DNA from: Chiloscyllium plagiosum | Lineage: Eukaryota | NCBI RefSeq assembly: GCF_004010195.1 | Contig: NC_057757.1 | Location: 9,645,646-9,709,645 of the forward strand | Direction of reading: 5' to 3' | Length of the DNA stretch: 64,000 nt | Shown here: positions 23,101 to 35,727 of the stretch, in pieces | Layout: each line of letters begins with the position of its first letter | How positions within the stretch are numbered: the first letter of the stretch is position 1 | The notes under the pieces: generated by a model | Databases searched by the model: none | What the model saw: the letters and a program-made list of their open reading frames with translations, nothing else | Told to the model about the DNA's origin: nothing | Made by a program: the position numbers and the translations under genes

Positions 23101-24292
23101 GGGTCAGTGCTGAGGGAGCGCCTCACTGTCAGAGGGTCAGTGCTGAGGGAGCGCCTCACTGTCAGAAGGTCAGTGCTGAGGGAGTGCTGCACTGTCAGAG
23201 GGTCAGTGCTGACGAAGTGTTGCAGTGTTGGAGGGTCAGTGCTGAGGGAGTGCTGTGCTGTCGGAAGGTCAGTGCTGAGGGAGTGCTGCACTGTTAGAGG
23301 GTCAGTGCTGAGCGTGCGCCTCACTGTCAGAGGGTCAGTGCTGAGGGAATGTCGCAGTGTTGGAGGGTCAGTGCTGAGGGAGTGCTGCACTGTCAGAAGG
23401 TCAGTGCTGAGAGATCACTGCATTTTTGGAGAGTCAATACTTAGGGAGTGCCGCATGTCAGAAGGCCAGTGCTGACGAAGTGTCGCAGTGTTGGAAGGTC
23501 AGTGCTGAGGGAGTACCGCACTGTCAGACGGTCAGTGCTGAGGGAGTGCTGCACTGTCAGAGGGTCAGTGCTGAGGGAGAGCTGCACTGTCAGAGGGTCA
23601 GTGCTGAGGGAGCACTGCACTGTCAAAGCGTCAGTGCTGAGGGAGCACTGTACTGTCAGAGCATCAGTGCTGAGGGAGCGCCTCACTGTCAGAGGGTCAG
23701 TGGTGAGGGAGTGCTGTATTGTGACAGGGTCAGTGCTGAGGGAGCAGTATACTGTCAGAGGGTCAGTGTTGAGGGAGCGCCTCACTGTCAGAAGGTCAGT
23801 GCTGGGGGAGTGCTGGACTGTTGGAGGGTCAGTGCTGAGGGAGCACTGTACTGTCAGAGGGTCTGTGCTGAGTGAGTGCTGCACTGTCAGAGGGTCAGTG
23901 CTGAGGGAGTGCTGCACTGTCAGAAGGTCAGTGCTGATGGAGTACCATTCTGTCAGAGGGACAGTGCTGAGGCATTGCACAGTCAGAGGGTCAGAGCTGA
24001 GGGAGTACCACACTGTTAGAGTGTCTGTGCTGAGGGAGCACCGCTCTGCCAGAGGGTCGGTGCTGAGGGAGTGCCACATTGTTGGATGGTCAGTGCTGAG
24101 GGAGAGTCGCACTGTCGGAGGGTCAGTGCTGAGGGAGTGCTGCACTGTCGGAGGGTCAGTGCAGAGCGAGTGTTGCTCTGTTGGAGGGTCAGTTCTGAGA
24201 GAGTGCCGTACTGTTGGAGGATCAGTACTGAGGGAACAGGAACTGTTGGAGGGTCAGTGCTGAGGAAGTGCTGCACTGTTGTAACGTCAGTG
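20150..24292. repeat. 33-bp tandem satellite array (~4.1 kb, roughly 120 units)
   Basis: Consensus actgtcagagggtcagtgctgagggagtgctgc; 11-aa periodicity (TVRGSVLRECC) in the ORF track; edges more diverged. Confidence 0.97.
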
Positions 24293-24309
24293 CCAACTAT
24301 AATTAACTA

Positions 24310-25700
24310 TATTTCCTCCCACTCTGCTTTCTGTCAGGACTCCATTCACCCGTCCAGCTTTTCCATCTCTGTCACTTCTGAACTCCAAGATACAATGTTC
24401 ACCAGTATGTTTCTGAAAGAACCTTTTCTTTGCCTGACCCATCTCACACTCCTGTCCTCCCTCCTTCCTCTTCCTCTCAGAACAATAGGGTTCTCCGTGT
24501 TTTTACTTTCCACCCTACCGGACTCCACAATACCCCTCCTCCATTTTCACCACCTCCATGGGGATGTCACTAGCAAACACATCTTGCCATCCCCTCCATT
24601 GTTTGCATTTTGCAGGGACTGTTCCCTCTGTGACTACCTGGTCCCCTCCTCCATCACTTTCTCACTCCCCCATCACACTTCCCCATCAAGTCACAGGAAG
24701 TGTAACACTTGACCTTTGCCTTCCTCCCTCTTCACTTCCTGCCCAGTGAAGGGTGGCACAGAGGCTCAGTGGTTAGCACTTCTGCCTCATGGTGCCAGGG
24801 ACCTGGGTTCGATTCCACCATCGGGTGACTGTCTGTGTGAAGGTTGCATGATCTTCCTATGTCTGTGTGAGTTCCTCTGGGTGCTCCGGTTTCTTCCCAC
24901 AGTCCAAAACTGTGCAGAATAGGTGGATTGACCATAGTGTTCAGGGGTGTATAAGTTAAATGTATTTGCAATGGGAATTGTAGAGTGGAGGGGTGAGTCT
25001 GGGTGGGATGCTCTTCAGAGGGTTGGTGTGATTTAATATGCCAAACAGCCTGGTTCCATGCTGAAGTAGCATTTCACTTCACCTTTTCTTAATCTAGTCT
25101 TCTGTTTCGCTACTTACAAGGTGGTTTCCTTAATAGCAGGGAGATAAAACACAGACTGGGTACTGCTTTCCTTTATACCTCTGTTTTGTCCATGACAGTG
25201 ACCCTGACCTTTCAATTGCTCACCATTTGAATGCACCATCTTGTTCTCATTCTGTCCTGGACCTGTGACAATGTTCCAGCGAATCTCAGTGCGAGCTGGA
25301 GTTACAACATCTCATCTTCCACGTTGTCACTCTACAGCCTTCAGAGCTGAACATTGAGCTCAACAACTTTAGCATGAACTCTGTCCTCTGCGTTGATTAC
25401 AGCCCTCCCCTCCTCCAGTGTCCTGTTCGTGTGGATTTGCTGTTAGCAAAACCAATCTATTTTTGACTGTCCACAGCTATCATTGCTATCTCTCCATTCC
25501 ATTATTAGCGCTCACTTCATTGTTCACTCTCGGAACCCTGATCATATGTTCCACTCACTCCTACTCCCCAACATTACCATCATTCCCCAGTGCCCTTCAG
25601 TGCTGAAGAAGAGTCATATTGCACTCAAAATGGTAGTTCTCTTTCTATCTTCACAGATGCTGCTGAGTTTCTCCAGCATGCTGTTTTTATTTTGGACTTC
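24310..25700 (+). mobile_element. decayed Penelope-like element (ORF C-terminus plus pseudo-LTR) interrupted by HE1
   Basis: HILPSPPLFAFCRDCSLCDYLV resembles the 49863 copy; ends ctgaagaagagtcatattgcactc...cagatgctgctgagtttctccagc. Confidence 0.65.
24751..25062 (+). mobile_element. HE1-type V-SINE, older
   Basis: A/B boxes and V-domain recognisable. Confidence 0.85.
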
Positions 25701-26050
25701 TTGCACCCATGATAGTTTTCTGCTAGTTAAGGGTGTCACGGTCCCTTTAAATTATATTTAAAAGCAGCTAGATAAAAGTAAATTCTGATTAGTGGAAGTT
25801 TTGTGGCAATCTGACAGATGGTCACCCTACTGCTTCTCATTTCCTCTGTCATTTTCTGCATTCTTATTTCTCGATTTTACTAATTTATTACTGAGTTTTT
25901 ATTTCTTTATTTTTCTAATTTTTGCCACTGAAAATTTGTACTTAAGAAGCTGTACCTAGGGACTTTGTTACCTTATATGGCTGCATAAGTGGTGACTTAT
26001 AAACTTTTCACTGTACTTGAGTACATGTGACAATCAAGCTCATTCTAATT

Positions 26051-26148
26051 CTGAGGAAGGGTCATTGGACTCGAAGCGTTAACTGATTTCTCTTCACAGC
26101 TGCTGCCAGACTTGCTGAGCTTTTCCAATAATTTTTGTTTTTGTTTCT
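26051..26148 (+). mobile_element. short Penelope-like terminus beginning at the hammerhead core
   Basis: CTGAGGA-A-gggtc-attg-gactc-gaagcgtt; sits in a ttctaattct repeat at the end of a Rex1-like tail. Confidence 0.65.
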
Positions 26149-27012
26149 AATTCTAATTCTAACAAGATAAGATTTAAAGGGCAGGACTTTTAACTGCTTT
26201 AAGAGTCTGACAGCTCTCTTTGACAAGTATTTTTGTCAAAACTTCTTGACATATTTGACAGGTCCCTTTGCAGGATGCTTCTGAAAGTTTTAACAGGTCT
26301 GTTCAGAGCTCCATTGAGCATGGCTCATTGATAAATTTATGCATTTTATACACATATTTATACCTACTTTTAATAAACCCAGAAAGGTCCTTGCTGCTCC
26401 CAAATGTGTCCAAGAGGTACACCACCACTTCAATCCTTTAGGTTTCACACTCCAAGGCTGACAAAATCCCATTTCAATGGTTGTAAATGTTAATTTAAAT
26501 GACTAGCTGCCCACAAAAAGGACATGTCAAATCCCAACCCAACCACTTTCCTGCTCCCACTAAACTGGGAAATGCTGTGTTTGGGAATGAGAATTACAAG
26601 TTGGGCCTCATCCATTCTGGTCAGGCCTCTCTCCGCTGTGGTGATAAATCTAGGCCTGGGTTTGGGATAATGATCTAAAATGCCCGACTGCTTTCTGCTC
26701 CAAAGCAGTAAAAGTCAACTAATCAGCCCAAATTCTCTTACAAACTCCTTTGAATCAGGAGGTAAAGGATTTGCTCTGTGATCCTTTCATTTAACTCAAC
26801 AAATAGAAAGATCATCTGCTGCCTGCAACATTCCCCAACTGATATTTTTTCTGTTAATTTGAAACACTTCTTGCTTATCTGACTATTAATTCCCTCAATT
26901 GTATTTGGAAAATGAAGCCTTCAGGATTTCAAGATACTTTATATATCTATCTCATTAAACAAACATTTCCAAGGAATGCCTTTTGTTTGCTTCAGACCCT
27001 CAAAGAACATAG

Positions 27013-27150
27013 GAGGGCTACGTTCCGATGAAGGGCTTTTGCCCGAAACATCGATTTTCCTGCTCCTCAGATGCTGCCTGACCTGCTGTGCTTTTCCAGC
27101 ACCACTCTAACCTAGACTCTGGTTTCCAGCACCTGCAGTTCTTGTTTTTA
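27013..27150 (+). mobile_element. short Penelope-like terminus
   Basis: ccgatgaagggcttttgcccgaaacatcg; TSD cctcaaagaa(c/t)atag at 26998-27012 and 27151-27165. Confidence 0.8.
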
Positions 27151-27154
27151 CCTC

Positions 27155-27860
27155 AAAGAATATAGAACGGTCCAGCACAGGAACAGGCCCTTTGGCCCAC
27201 CATGTCTGTGCCATCCATAATGCCATTCTCACCTAGTCTTATCTGCCTGCGCATGGCCCATATCCCTGTATTCCCTGCCTATTCATGTACCTGTCTAAAT
27301 GCCTCTTGAACTTTGCTATTGTATCTGCTTCTACCCACCTCCCCAGCAGTGTGTTTCAGACACCTAACAACCCTCTGTCTAAGAAACCTTTCCTCGCACA
27401 TTTTTAAATGTTCCCCCTCTCACCTTAAACCTGTGCCTTCTCGTACTCAACATTTCTACCCTGGGAAAGAGACTCTGATTACTCATCCTATCCATGCCCC
27501 TCATAATTTTATAAACTTCTATCAGGTTGGCCCTCAGAGTCTGACACTCTCGCGACAACAATCAAGCTTTGTCCAGCCACTCCTTATACCTAATGCACTC
27601 TGATCCAGGCAACATCCTGAGAAACAAAAACAGAAATTGCAGGAAAAGCTCAGCAGATCTGGCAGCATCTGTGGAGAGGAATCAGAGTTAACCCTTCATC
27701 AGAACATCCTCTACAAAGCCCCCACATTCTTCCTAGAGTGCAGTGACCAGAACTGCACACAATACTCCCAAGTGTGGCCTGACCAAAGCCTTATACAATT
27801 GTAAGGTAAGTATGCCTTACACCCCCTTTACCAGCTTGTCTACTTGTGTTGCTACTTTCG
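27155..27860 (-). mobile_element. CR1 LINE 3' fragment
   Basis: Minus-strand LRANLIEVYKIMRGMDR; CR1 3' UTR at the left end. Confidence 0.88.
27619..27702 (-). mobile_element. short Penelope-like terminus nested in CR1
   Basis: Ends in cttcatcag (CTGATGA on minus); TSD aacatcct at 27611-27618 and 27703-27710. Confidence 0.7.
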
Positions 27861-28136
27861 CTCGATTGGAATTGTGCTCCAGGTTTGAATAGAGGCCTAG
27901 AGTGTCAATGAGGAGCAAGGCTGGTCTGAATCCAAGAATCTGAACTGATTCTCATTATGAGGCTGTCTGTCACAACTCCACATGTGGCTTGCCCAGTAGC
28001 TACAGAGGTGGGTGGTGACACATGAAGTACGGGAGGAATGTATAGTGGGGACTGCTGGTAGCATAGTGAGATACTGGGATGTTGGAGGGTGCAATCCTGC
28101 TCCTCCTTAACCAGAGCAATTTGTTTTTTTTTTAAT

Positions 28137-28783
28137 TGAAAGTGGAGTCACAGGTAGACAGGGCAGTAAAGAAGGCTTTTGGCAAACTGCCCTTCATCAG
28201 TCAGGGCATTGAGTACAGAAGTTGGGAAGTTATTTTGCAGTTATACAGGTCATTGATAAGGCCACACTTGGAGTATTGTGTTCAGTTTTGGTCACTTTGC
28301 TAATGGAAAGATGTTATTAAACTGGAAAGAATACAGAAATTTACAAGGATGTTGCCAGAACTCAAGAGTCAGAGTTATGGGGAGAGATTGGTCAAACTAG
28401 GAGTGTGGGAGACTGAGGGGGGATCTAACTGAAATGTAGAAGATCATGAGAGGCAAGGATAGGGTGAATGCACTCAGACTTTTTCCCAGGGTTGGGGAAT
28501 CGAGGACTGAAGGACATCAGTTTAAGGTTAGAGGGGAAAGAATAAAAGGGAACCTGAGAGGCTACATTTTTACACAGAGGGTGGTATGCATAGGGAATGA
28601 GCTGCCAGTGGAAGTGGTTGAGGTAGGTACGTTAACAATATTTAAAAGGCATTTGGACAAATACATGGATAGGAAAGGATTAGAAGGATATGGGCCAAGT
28701 GCAGGGAAATTGGGTTAGTGTGGATGGATATTTTGTTCGGCATGGACCAGTTTTGGCTGAAGGTCCTGTCTCTGGACTCTATG
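28137..28783 (+). mobile_element. CR1 LINE 3' fragment
   Basis: RPHLEYCVQFW, FTQRVV, FKRHLDKYM motifs. Confidence 0.9.
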
Positions 28784-29194
28784 AAAGGAAAGCAAACACC
28801 TGTTTCAGGTGGTAAGGAGTGTATGTGGTTCTGATTCGATGGTAAATGGTGGATTAGTGACCTCAGGCCTGTATTAGCTGATGGCTTGAGTCAGCTTTGT
28901 CTGGGAGACTGATTATTGAAGATCTGGTGTAGCAGGTCCCAATCCCTGAATGTGGATGTTGATCCTCCTGTACAGAATTGAGGAGCTACTGAGTGCTGGG
29001 GCTGTCAACTTTTAGATGAGACATTAAACTGAGATTCTGCAGCTAAATTTGAAGACAAAGTGGGGGGAGGAATGGTGGGTGGGAGATAAATAATCCCAGC
29101 AGCTGCCTTACTGACTCCCTGGCTCCATTAAGACATTGAAGCACTTTAATGGATGCCTACAAAAAGGGTATTGTGTGTTGGCAGTGCAAGTTTC

Positions 29195-29780
29195 TATTCA
29201 CTTGTGGGATGTGGGCATTGCTGGCCAGGCCAGCATTGGTAGTTGTCCCTTGAGAAGGTGGTGGTGAGCTGCCTTCTTGAACCACTGCAGTCTACCTAGT
29301 GTGGGCTGACCCATAATGCTTTCAGGGAGGGAATTCCACGATTTCGACCAGTGACAGTGAAAGAATATATTTCCAAGTTAGGATGGTGAGTGGCTCAGAG
29401 GGGACCTTGCACAGGGTGGTATTCCCACGTATCTGTTGCCCTAGTCATTCTAGATGGAAGTGGTCATGGGTTTGGAAGGTCTGAGGATCTTTGGTGAATT
29501 TCTGCCATGCATCTTGTAGATAGTACACACTGCTGCTACTGAGCATCGGTGAGGTACAGAGTGGATGCTTGTCGATGCAGTGCCAGTCAAGGGCGCTGCT
29601 TTGTCTTGGATGGTGTCAAGCTTGAGTGTCGTCGGGGCTGCACTTATCCAGAGCAAATGGGAAGTATTTCATCACACTCCTGACTTGCTCCTCATTGATG
29701 ATGGACAGGGGGTTCAAGAGGTGAGCTAGTTGCCGTAGGATTCCCAGCTTCTGACCTTCTCTTGTAGCCACTGTCACTGA
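29195..29780 (-). mobile_element. non-CR1 (CR1/L2-group) LINE ORF2 C-terminus and 3' tail
   Basis: Minus-strand GQKLGILRQLAHLL...QVRSVMKY...TTLKLDTIQDKAA...VAAVCTIYKMH; tail shared with the second SINE family. Confidence 0.75.
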
Positions 29781-30189
29781 GGGCAATTGAAGGAAGACGT
29801 AGTTCACAGATTTTTCAATCAGGCTTCCTGTACGGACAGGAAGAAGCCCATTTCAGGCTTGGAGATGAGCACCCAGTGGTTGGCCCAGGGCAGAGCTCCA
29901 AATGAGGGACCCTTTCTGTCTGTCCATCTATCCTTGTGTAGGTGCAGCTACTGCCTCCAATGTGGTCATTAAGGATTTAAGGATATTGCTGAGATCTATC
30001 TCCATTTTGAAGCACCCTTACCTTCCAAGCTGCAAGACCTTTGGTCAAGCCACCACCTCTAAGAGCCTGCCCATCATCATTAAGGTGACCCACCATCTGA
30101 GTAGTGATTGGCTGCTCCAGGGGTTGGATTAATCACCTGGAAACAGCTCCCATCTCTTGTTAAATAATAGAGTACTGCGCAGATTTTAA

Positions 30190-30716
30190 ATAAAAACTGA
30201 AAATGTCGTAGACACTGAGCAGGAGAGAGAAACAAAGTTAACATTTTGAGTCCACTCTGACTTTTTTGGGATCTGATAGGGGCCAGAAAACAATTTTTCT
30301 TGCTGTCAAGAAAAGTGGAGCAGGAGCAAGTGGAACAAATGGTGCCATTGCAAACGCCAAGTGCTTGCTAATGGCAGTACAGGAGCGATATAGATGAAGA
30401 AAAGGTGTTAATGGTAGGCTTTAATAGGAATGCTACACTAAGAGCAAACTCATGCAAACAATATGGAAAGAGAGAGGGTGCAATCAAAATGCAGGACTAT
30501 CAGAATTTGTTTAACTTAATGTTGAGTCCTCAAGGTTGTAATGTGACTGTGAACAATGAGGTGTTGTTCCTCCAGCTTGCATTGGGCTTCACTGGAACAA
30601 CAGACCCAGGACAGGCAATGTCAACACAGGAGCAAAAGGTAGCTTATTGAAATGTCAAGCAAGTGGATGGTCAGGGTCATTCTCCCAGACAGAATGGAGG
30701 CATTCCAGCAAAGTGG
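30190..30716 (-). mobile_element. old Penelope-like remnant
   Basis: Terminus gagagagaaacaaagttaacattttgagtcc; internal similarity to 25070-25400. Confidence 0.55.
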
Positions 30717-32703
30717 CCCCCTCTCTACTCACAGCAATCTTAGCTGGTAAGTTAGCTGCAAACCGTAAACTCTACCATGAGAAAAAGAAGGTCACAATTT
30801 GGACATTGCAACATAAAATGATGGGCCCGTCTTATCTCAACATTGTCAGGAGCAGAGGTAACATGCTGAAGAATTGCTTTAGGTGATAGCACTGGCCTTC
30901 CCCAGCGCCTGTGTTCTGAATCCCAACCCCTAGTATGTATCCTTGGTAGATTGATGGCAATCGATGGTGTATGGAAATCCCAGGGCTGGAGCTTGACTAT
31001 GGAGGCAGCTAGCTTAAGTTGCAAAATTCCCCAAGTTATTGAAGCTGCCTCAGCAGAAAAGACCCTGAAACATTCTCTGGGTCTGTGATCGTTGGGATTA
31101 CCAACCCTGGAAGCACAGCTAAGCAGCTACACTGTAGATACAGACCATTTTAGAAAGCTTACCTCTGCCTTCAGGCACTTAATCCTAATAGCTTTAATAA
31201 TTGCTAATCCCTCTAGCACTCATATCTCCCATACCCCTTCATCCTCTCACCCGCACCTCAATGGCTTCCCAATGTCCAAGCCTACTCATACCATTCTAAC
31301 ATCACCCTCTTACTCACCATGCCTCCTCCATACCAATCACCCAGGATCCAACAGGGGTAGATCTCAGAACTCTTGTGGAGCTAAACATAATAGGCTACCC
31401 GATACAGCTCCTGCTTTTAGACATCTAATAGAGATAAAACCCTCCTTTCATAAAATCCATTCAAAACCGTTAAGTCTCAGCAAATTGTTCATCTCTGGTT
31501 TTAAAAAAAACTTTTATTCTGACTCCAAATCAAAGACAGCCCTAATCAGAGTCAGAGTCAGCCTTTTAATAATCTTTTAAACCTGTCAAACAAAGTATGA
31601 ATTCAGAACTCTGGCTGAGATAATTGTAACTTTGGAAATTGAGTCAAACATTCATAATGACAACCTTTGGAAAATGTCAAGAAAGACGCCTATTGAAACT
31701 GCAGAACTTTCTTAACCTATGCCTATCAATAAAAGCAGTCCAGCAGAGGATGTTACTTTACTCCTGAGTGACAGCAGCTTTTATTAAAGAAAGAGTGGGG
31801 TATTTTTAAAAAACTGCTTTTTATGACAATTACACAGAACTTATTTGCCAGATTATGACAATTCAGTCGACAAAATGGAGCTGCAATGACCCTGAGAGTT
31901 TGGGTGGCTCTCCTGTAGGAATCACACACATTCTCTTTTCCCCCACCAGCAAAAATTGAATCTCCAAGACCATAACAACTACGAACAGGAGCATTCAGTC
32001 CCTCAAGCCTGCTCCATTATTCACTGGGGATCACGGCCGACCTGACACTCTCTGCGCCCACTTTCCTGCCTTTTCCCATCCCTCTATATTCTCCTCCTCA
32101 TCAAGAATCTCAGCCTTAAATATACACAAGGACTCTGCCCCCACAGCTCCCAGTGGTGAGAAGTTCCAAAGACTCACAACCCTCCAAGAGAAGAAATTCC
32201 TCCTCATCTCAGTTTTAAATTGGCTCTCCTTTAATCAGAGACTGTGCCCTTTGGTCCCAGACTCTCCCACGAGGGGAAACACCCTCTCAGCATTTATCCT
32301 TTTGAAATATGTAGGATTCTTATGGAACTAAAAGAGATTGTGTCTCATTCTTTCAAGCTCCAGTGAGTACACTCTCAATCTGTTGAACCTTTGCGCAAAA
32401 GACAATCTCTCCATGCCAGTGGTCATCCTAGTGAATCTTCCAATGAAATAATATATTCTTTGAAATAAGGGAACCAAAACTATTCACAGTACTCCACATG
32501 TGCAGTTGCAGTAAGACTTCCCTGCTCTCATATTCCAAACCCGTTGAAATAAGGGCCAACATTCCATTGGCCTTCCTGATTACCTGCTGCCACTGCATGC
32601 TAGCTTTCTGTGTTCTGTGCCGAAGTCCCCCCCCAATTCCCTTGGTGTTGCAGCTTTCTGCAGAATTTCCCTATTGAAATAATACTTTCTTCTTCCTTCC
32701 AAA

Positions 32704-34842
32704 GAACAAAGAACAAAACAGCACAAGAACAGGTCCTCCGGCCCTCCAAGCGTGTGCCGACACATTTTGCCCCTCCATATTAAAACTGTCTTCACTTACA
32801 GGATCAGTATCCCTCCATTTCCTTCCTATTCGTGTATTCACTCAGGGACTTCTTGAAGGCTGCTATTGTGTCTGCTTCCACCACCTCCTCTGGCAGCGCG
32901 TTCCAGGCACTCAGCATTCTTTGTGTGAAAAACTTGCCTTGCACATCTCTTTTAAACTCGCTCCCCCCTCCCCCTACACCTTGAACCTCCCCACGCACCT
33001 TGAACCTGTATCCCCTAGTAATTGACCCTTCAACCTGGGAAAAAGCCTCAGACTTTCCACTCTAACTGTGCCAGTCACAATCTTATAAACGTCTGTCTGG
33101 TCACCCCTCAACCTCCTATGTTCAAGTAAAAACAATCCCATTCTACCTAACCCTTCCTCATTGCTAAAATCCCTCATACCAGGCAACATCCTGGTAAACC
33201 TTTTCTGTACCCTCTCCAAAGCATCCACATCCTTCTGGTAGTGTGCACAATATTCCAATTGTGGCCTAACGAAAGTTTTATAAAGCTGCAGCATAACTTG
33301 GCCCTCCTTATTTGCAATTCCCCTTCCAATGAAGGTAAGCATGCCATAGGCCTTTTTTACAACCTTATCTACCTGCGCTGCCACCTTGAATGATCTATGG
33401 ACCTGAACACCCAGATCCCTCCGCATAAAAATACTCCTAAGAGTCTTACCATTCACTGTATAATTTCCACCTGTACTTGACCTTCCAAAATGCATCACCT
33501 CACATTTGTCTGGATTAAACTCATCTGTCATTTTTCTGCCCATGCCTCCAACTGATCTATATCCTGCTGTATCCTTGGACAATCTCATTATCTGCAACTG
33601 CAGCAATCTTTGTATCATCCAACTTACTAATTAGACCAAATCATTTCTGTGGACCACGAACACCAGAGGTCCTCTATGGAACACCACCAGCCATCATCCT
33701 CCATCCCGAAAAGCATTCTTCCCCTGCTATCCTCTGTCTCCTATGACTAAGCCAATTCTGTATCCATCTTGCCAGCTCACCCTGATACCATGTGACTTTA
33801 CCTTTTGTACCAGTCTGCCATAAGGCATCTTGTCAAAGACTTTACTGAAGTTCACGTACACAACATCAACTGCTTTTCCCTTAATCATCTTCACCACCTC
33901 CTCAGAAAACCCGATCAAGTTAGTGGGGCACAACATCCTCTGCACAAAACCACGCTGTCTATCATTAATAAATCCATTTGCTTCAAAATGCGTGTAGGTC
34001 TTGTCCCTGAGAATCTTTTCTAATAATTTTCCTACCACTGAGATGAGGCTCACAGGCCTGTAATTTCCAGGATTATCCCTATGACCCTTCCTAAATAATC
34101 GGATAACATTGGCGATTTGCTCATCCTCTGGGACCTCACCTGTGGCCAAAGAAGATATAAAGATGCCTGCCAATGTTCCAGCAACTGCCTCCCTCAATCT
34201 TCTGGGATAGATTCCATCAGGACCCCAGAACTTAGTCATCTTTTTTCTTTCCTACAGTGTGGAAGCAGGCCACTCAGCCTATCAAGTCCACAGCGACCCC
34301 GCAAAAAGCACCCCAAACATACCTACCTCCCTAGCCTATCCCTGTAACCCTCTATTTCCCACAGCAAATCCACCTAGCCTGCACATCCCTGGACACTATG
34401 GGTAATTAAGCATGGCCAATCCACCTAACCTGCACATCTTTGGACTGTGGGATGAAACTGGAGCACCCAGGGGAAACCCACGCAGACACGGGGAGAATGT
34501 GCAAACTGTACGCAGTCACCTGAGGGTGGAATTGAACCCAGGTTCCTGGTGCTGTGAAGCAGAAGTGCTAACCCGTATCCACCTTAATACTTTTTAAGAT
34601 GCACAACACCTCTTCCTTTTTAATAGCAACTTTGCTTAGAAATTCGAAACTCCCTTCCCTGAGATCATCCTCCACCATTTTCTTTTCTTTGGTGAATATT
34701 GATACAAAGTATTCATTGAGGACCTCACCAACGTCTTCTGGCTCCACACATACAATCCCTCCTTTGTCCTTGAGTGGGCCGACCCTTTCCCTGGTTACCT
34801 TTTTGCTTTTCTTAATCCTGTTTGCTAATAGCTTTTCACAAC
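32704..34842 (-). mobile_element. younger CR1 LINE fragment nested in the older CR1
   Basis: Minus ORFs 33727-34239 (GPDGIYPR...GNYRPVSL) and 32974-33618; (agaacaa)n tail at 32704. Confidence 0.9.
34250..34572 (-). mobile_element. HE1-type V-SINE nested in CR1
   Basis: V-domain and head on the minus strand. Confidence 0.87.
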
Positions 34843-34939
34843 TTCCAAAATGAACAGCTTCACATTTTCCCACAATATACTCCATTTGCCAACTTTCTTC
34901 CAACTCTCTTAACCTATCAATATCTCTCTGTAGCCTGTT

Positions 34940-35208
34940 TAATTGGAAGCACACTAGCTTTCAGAGCGACGCTCCTTCATCAGGTGATTGTGGAGGGCTC
35001 GATCGTAACACAGAATTTATAGCAACAATTTGCAGTGTGATGTAACTGAAATTATACATTGAAAAATTGATTGTCTGTTAAGCCTTTCATCTGTTAGAAT
35101 ACAGTGATAGTTTCACTTCTTTCATGTGTAAATCACAAAACCCTTTATAACCTGGTGTTGTGTGATTTTTAACTTTGTACACCCCAATCCAACACCGGCA
35201 TCTCCAAA
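34940..35208. mobile_element. Penelope-like insertion with inverted 5' part
   Basis: Perfect 15-bp TSD tctctgtagcctgtt (34925-34939, 35209-35223); 34940-35145 on minus, 35146-35208 terminus on plus. Confidence 0.85.
34952..34986 (-). ncRNA. minimal hammerhead ribozyme motif
   Basis: Minus strand reads cac-CTGATGA-A-GGAGC-gtc-GCTCT-GAAA-GCTA-gtg; helix I cac/gtg, AGCT palindrome. Confidence 0.65.
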
Positions 35209-35727
35209 TCTCTGTAGCCTGTTCGTATTCCTCTTGCGACCTGACTTTCCACCTATTTTAATGTTGACTCCAAATGTGGCTACAGTACATTCACTGCCTT
35301 CTTCTAAGTCATTAACACATATCCATCTGATGGAAATGGAGATGCAACCTCCTCAGTGAAGCAATGCCCACCATCTTTAGAAGTTCTGTAGAACCTTCCA
35401 GCCTCTGTAAAAATCCGGCTCCTCAGTATCAGATCCATTCAAAGTTAATATTCCTTAAGATAAGGGACAAGTGAATAATGACCCTACACTGGGTGACAAT
35501 TGACAAGGAATCAGCACTTTGTTTTTTTTGCACAGTTTGTGCTTCCACAGATGGATTGCTATACAGAGACTTGCAGACTACAGCAAATTCTGAGGAGACA
35601 TCAGTACACACTTCCAACAAAACCACCTGGAGCACAGCGGCACGCATGTAGCATTCTCACACTTGCAACAAGCCCCTTTTAGCTGTGACTCTATTCTCCC
35701 AGCTGTGTTAGTCGTCCCACCAAGCTC

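Larger units (their letters stand above)
31970..35320 (-). mobile_element. older CR1 LINE fragment hosting nested insertions
   Basis: 3' part 31970-32703 resumes at ~34843 (cttccaaa on both sides) with NRLQRDIDRL...WQMEYIVGKCEAVHFG. Confidence 0.7.

Noticed and set aside
20332..24276. Long Cys/Arg-rich ORFs (up to 298 aa) on both strands
   Set aside because: A by-product of a 33-bp unit (multiple of 3) that is stop-free in some frames; frames switch at indels and there is no splice or start context
20150..24292. CRISPR-like array
   Set aside because: Units are contiguous with no unique spacers, no cas genes, and the context is vertebrate
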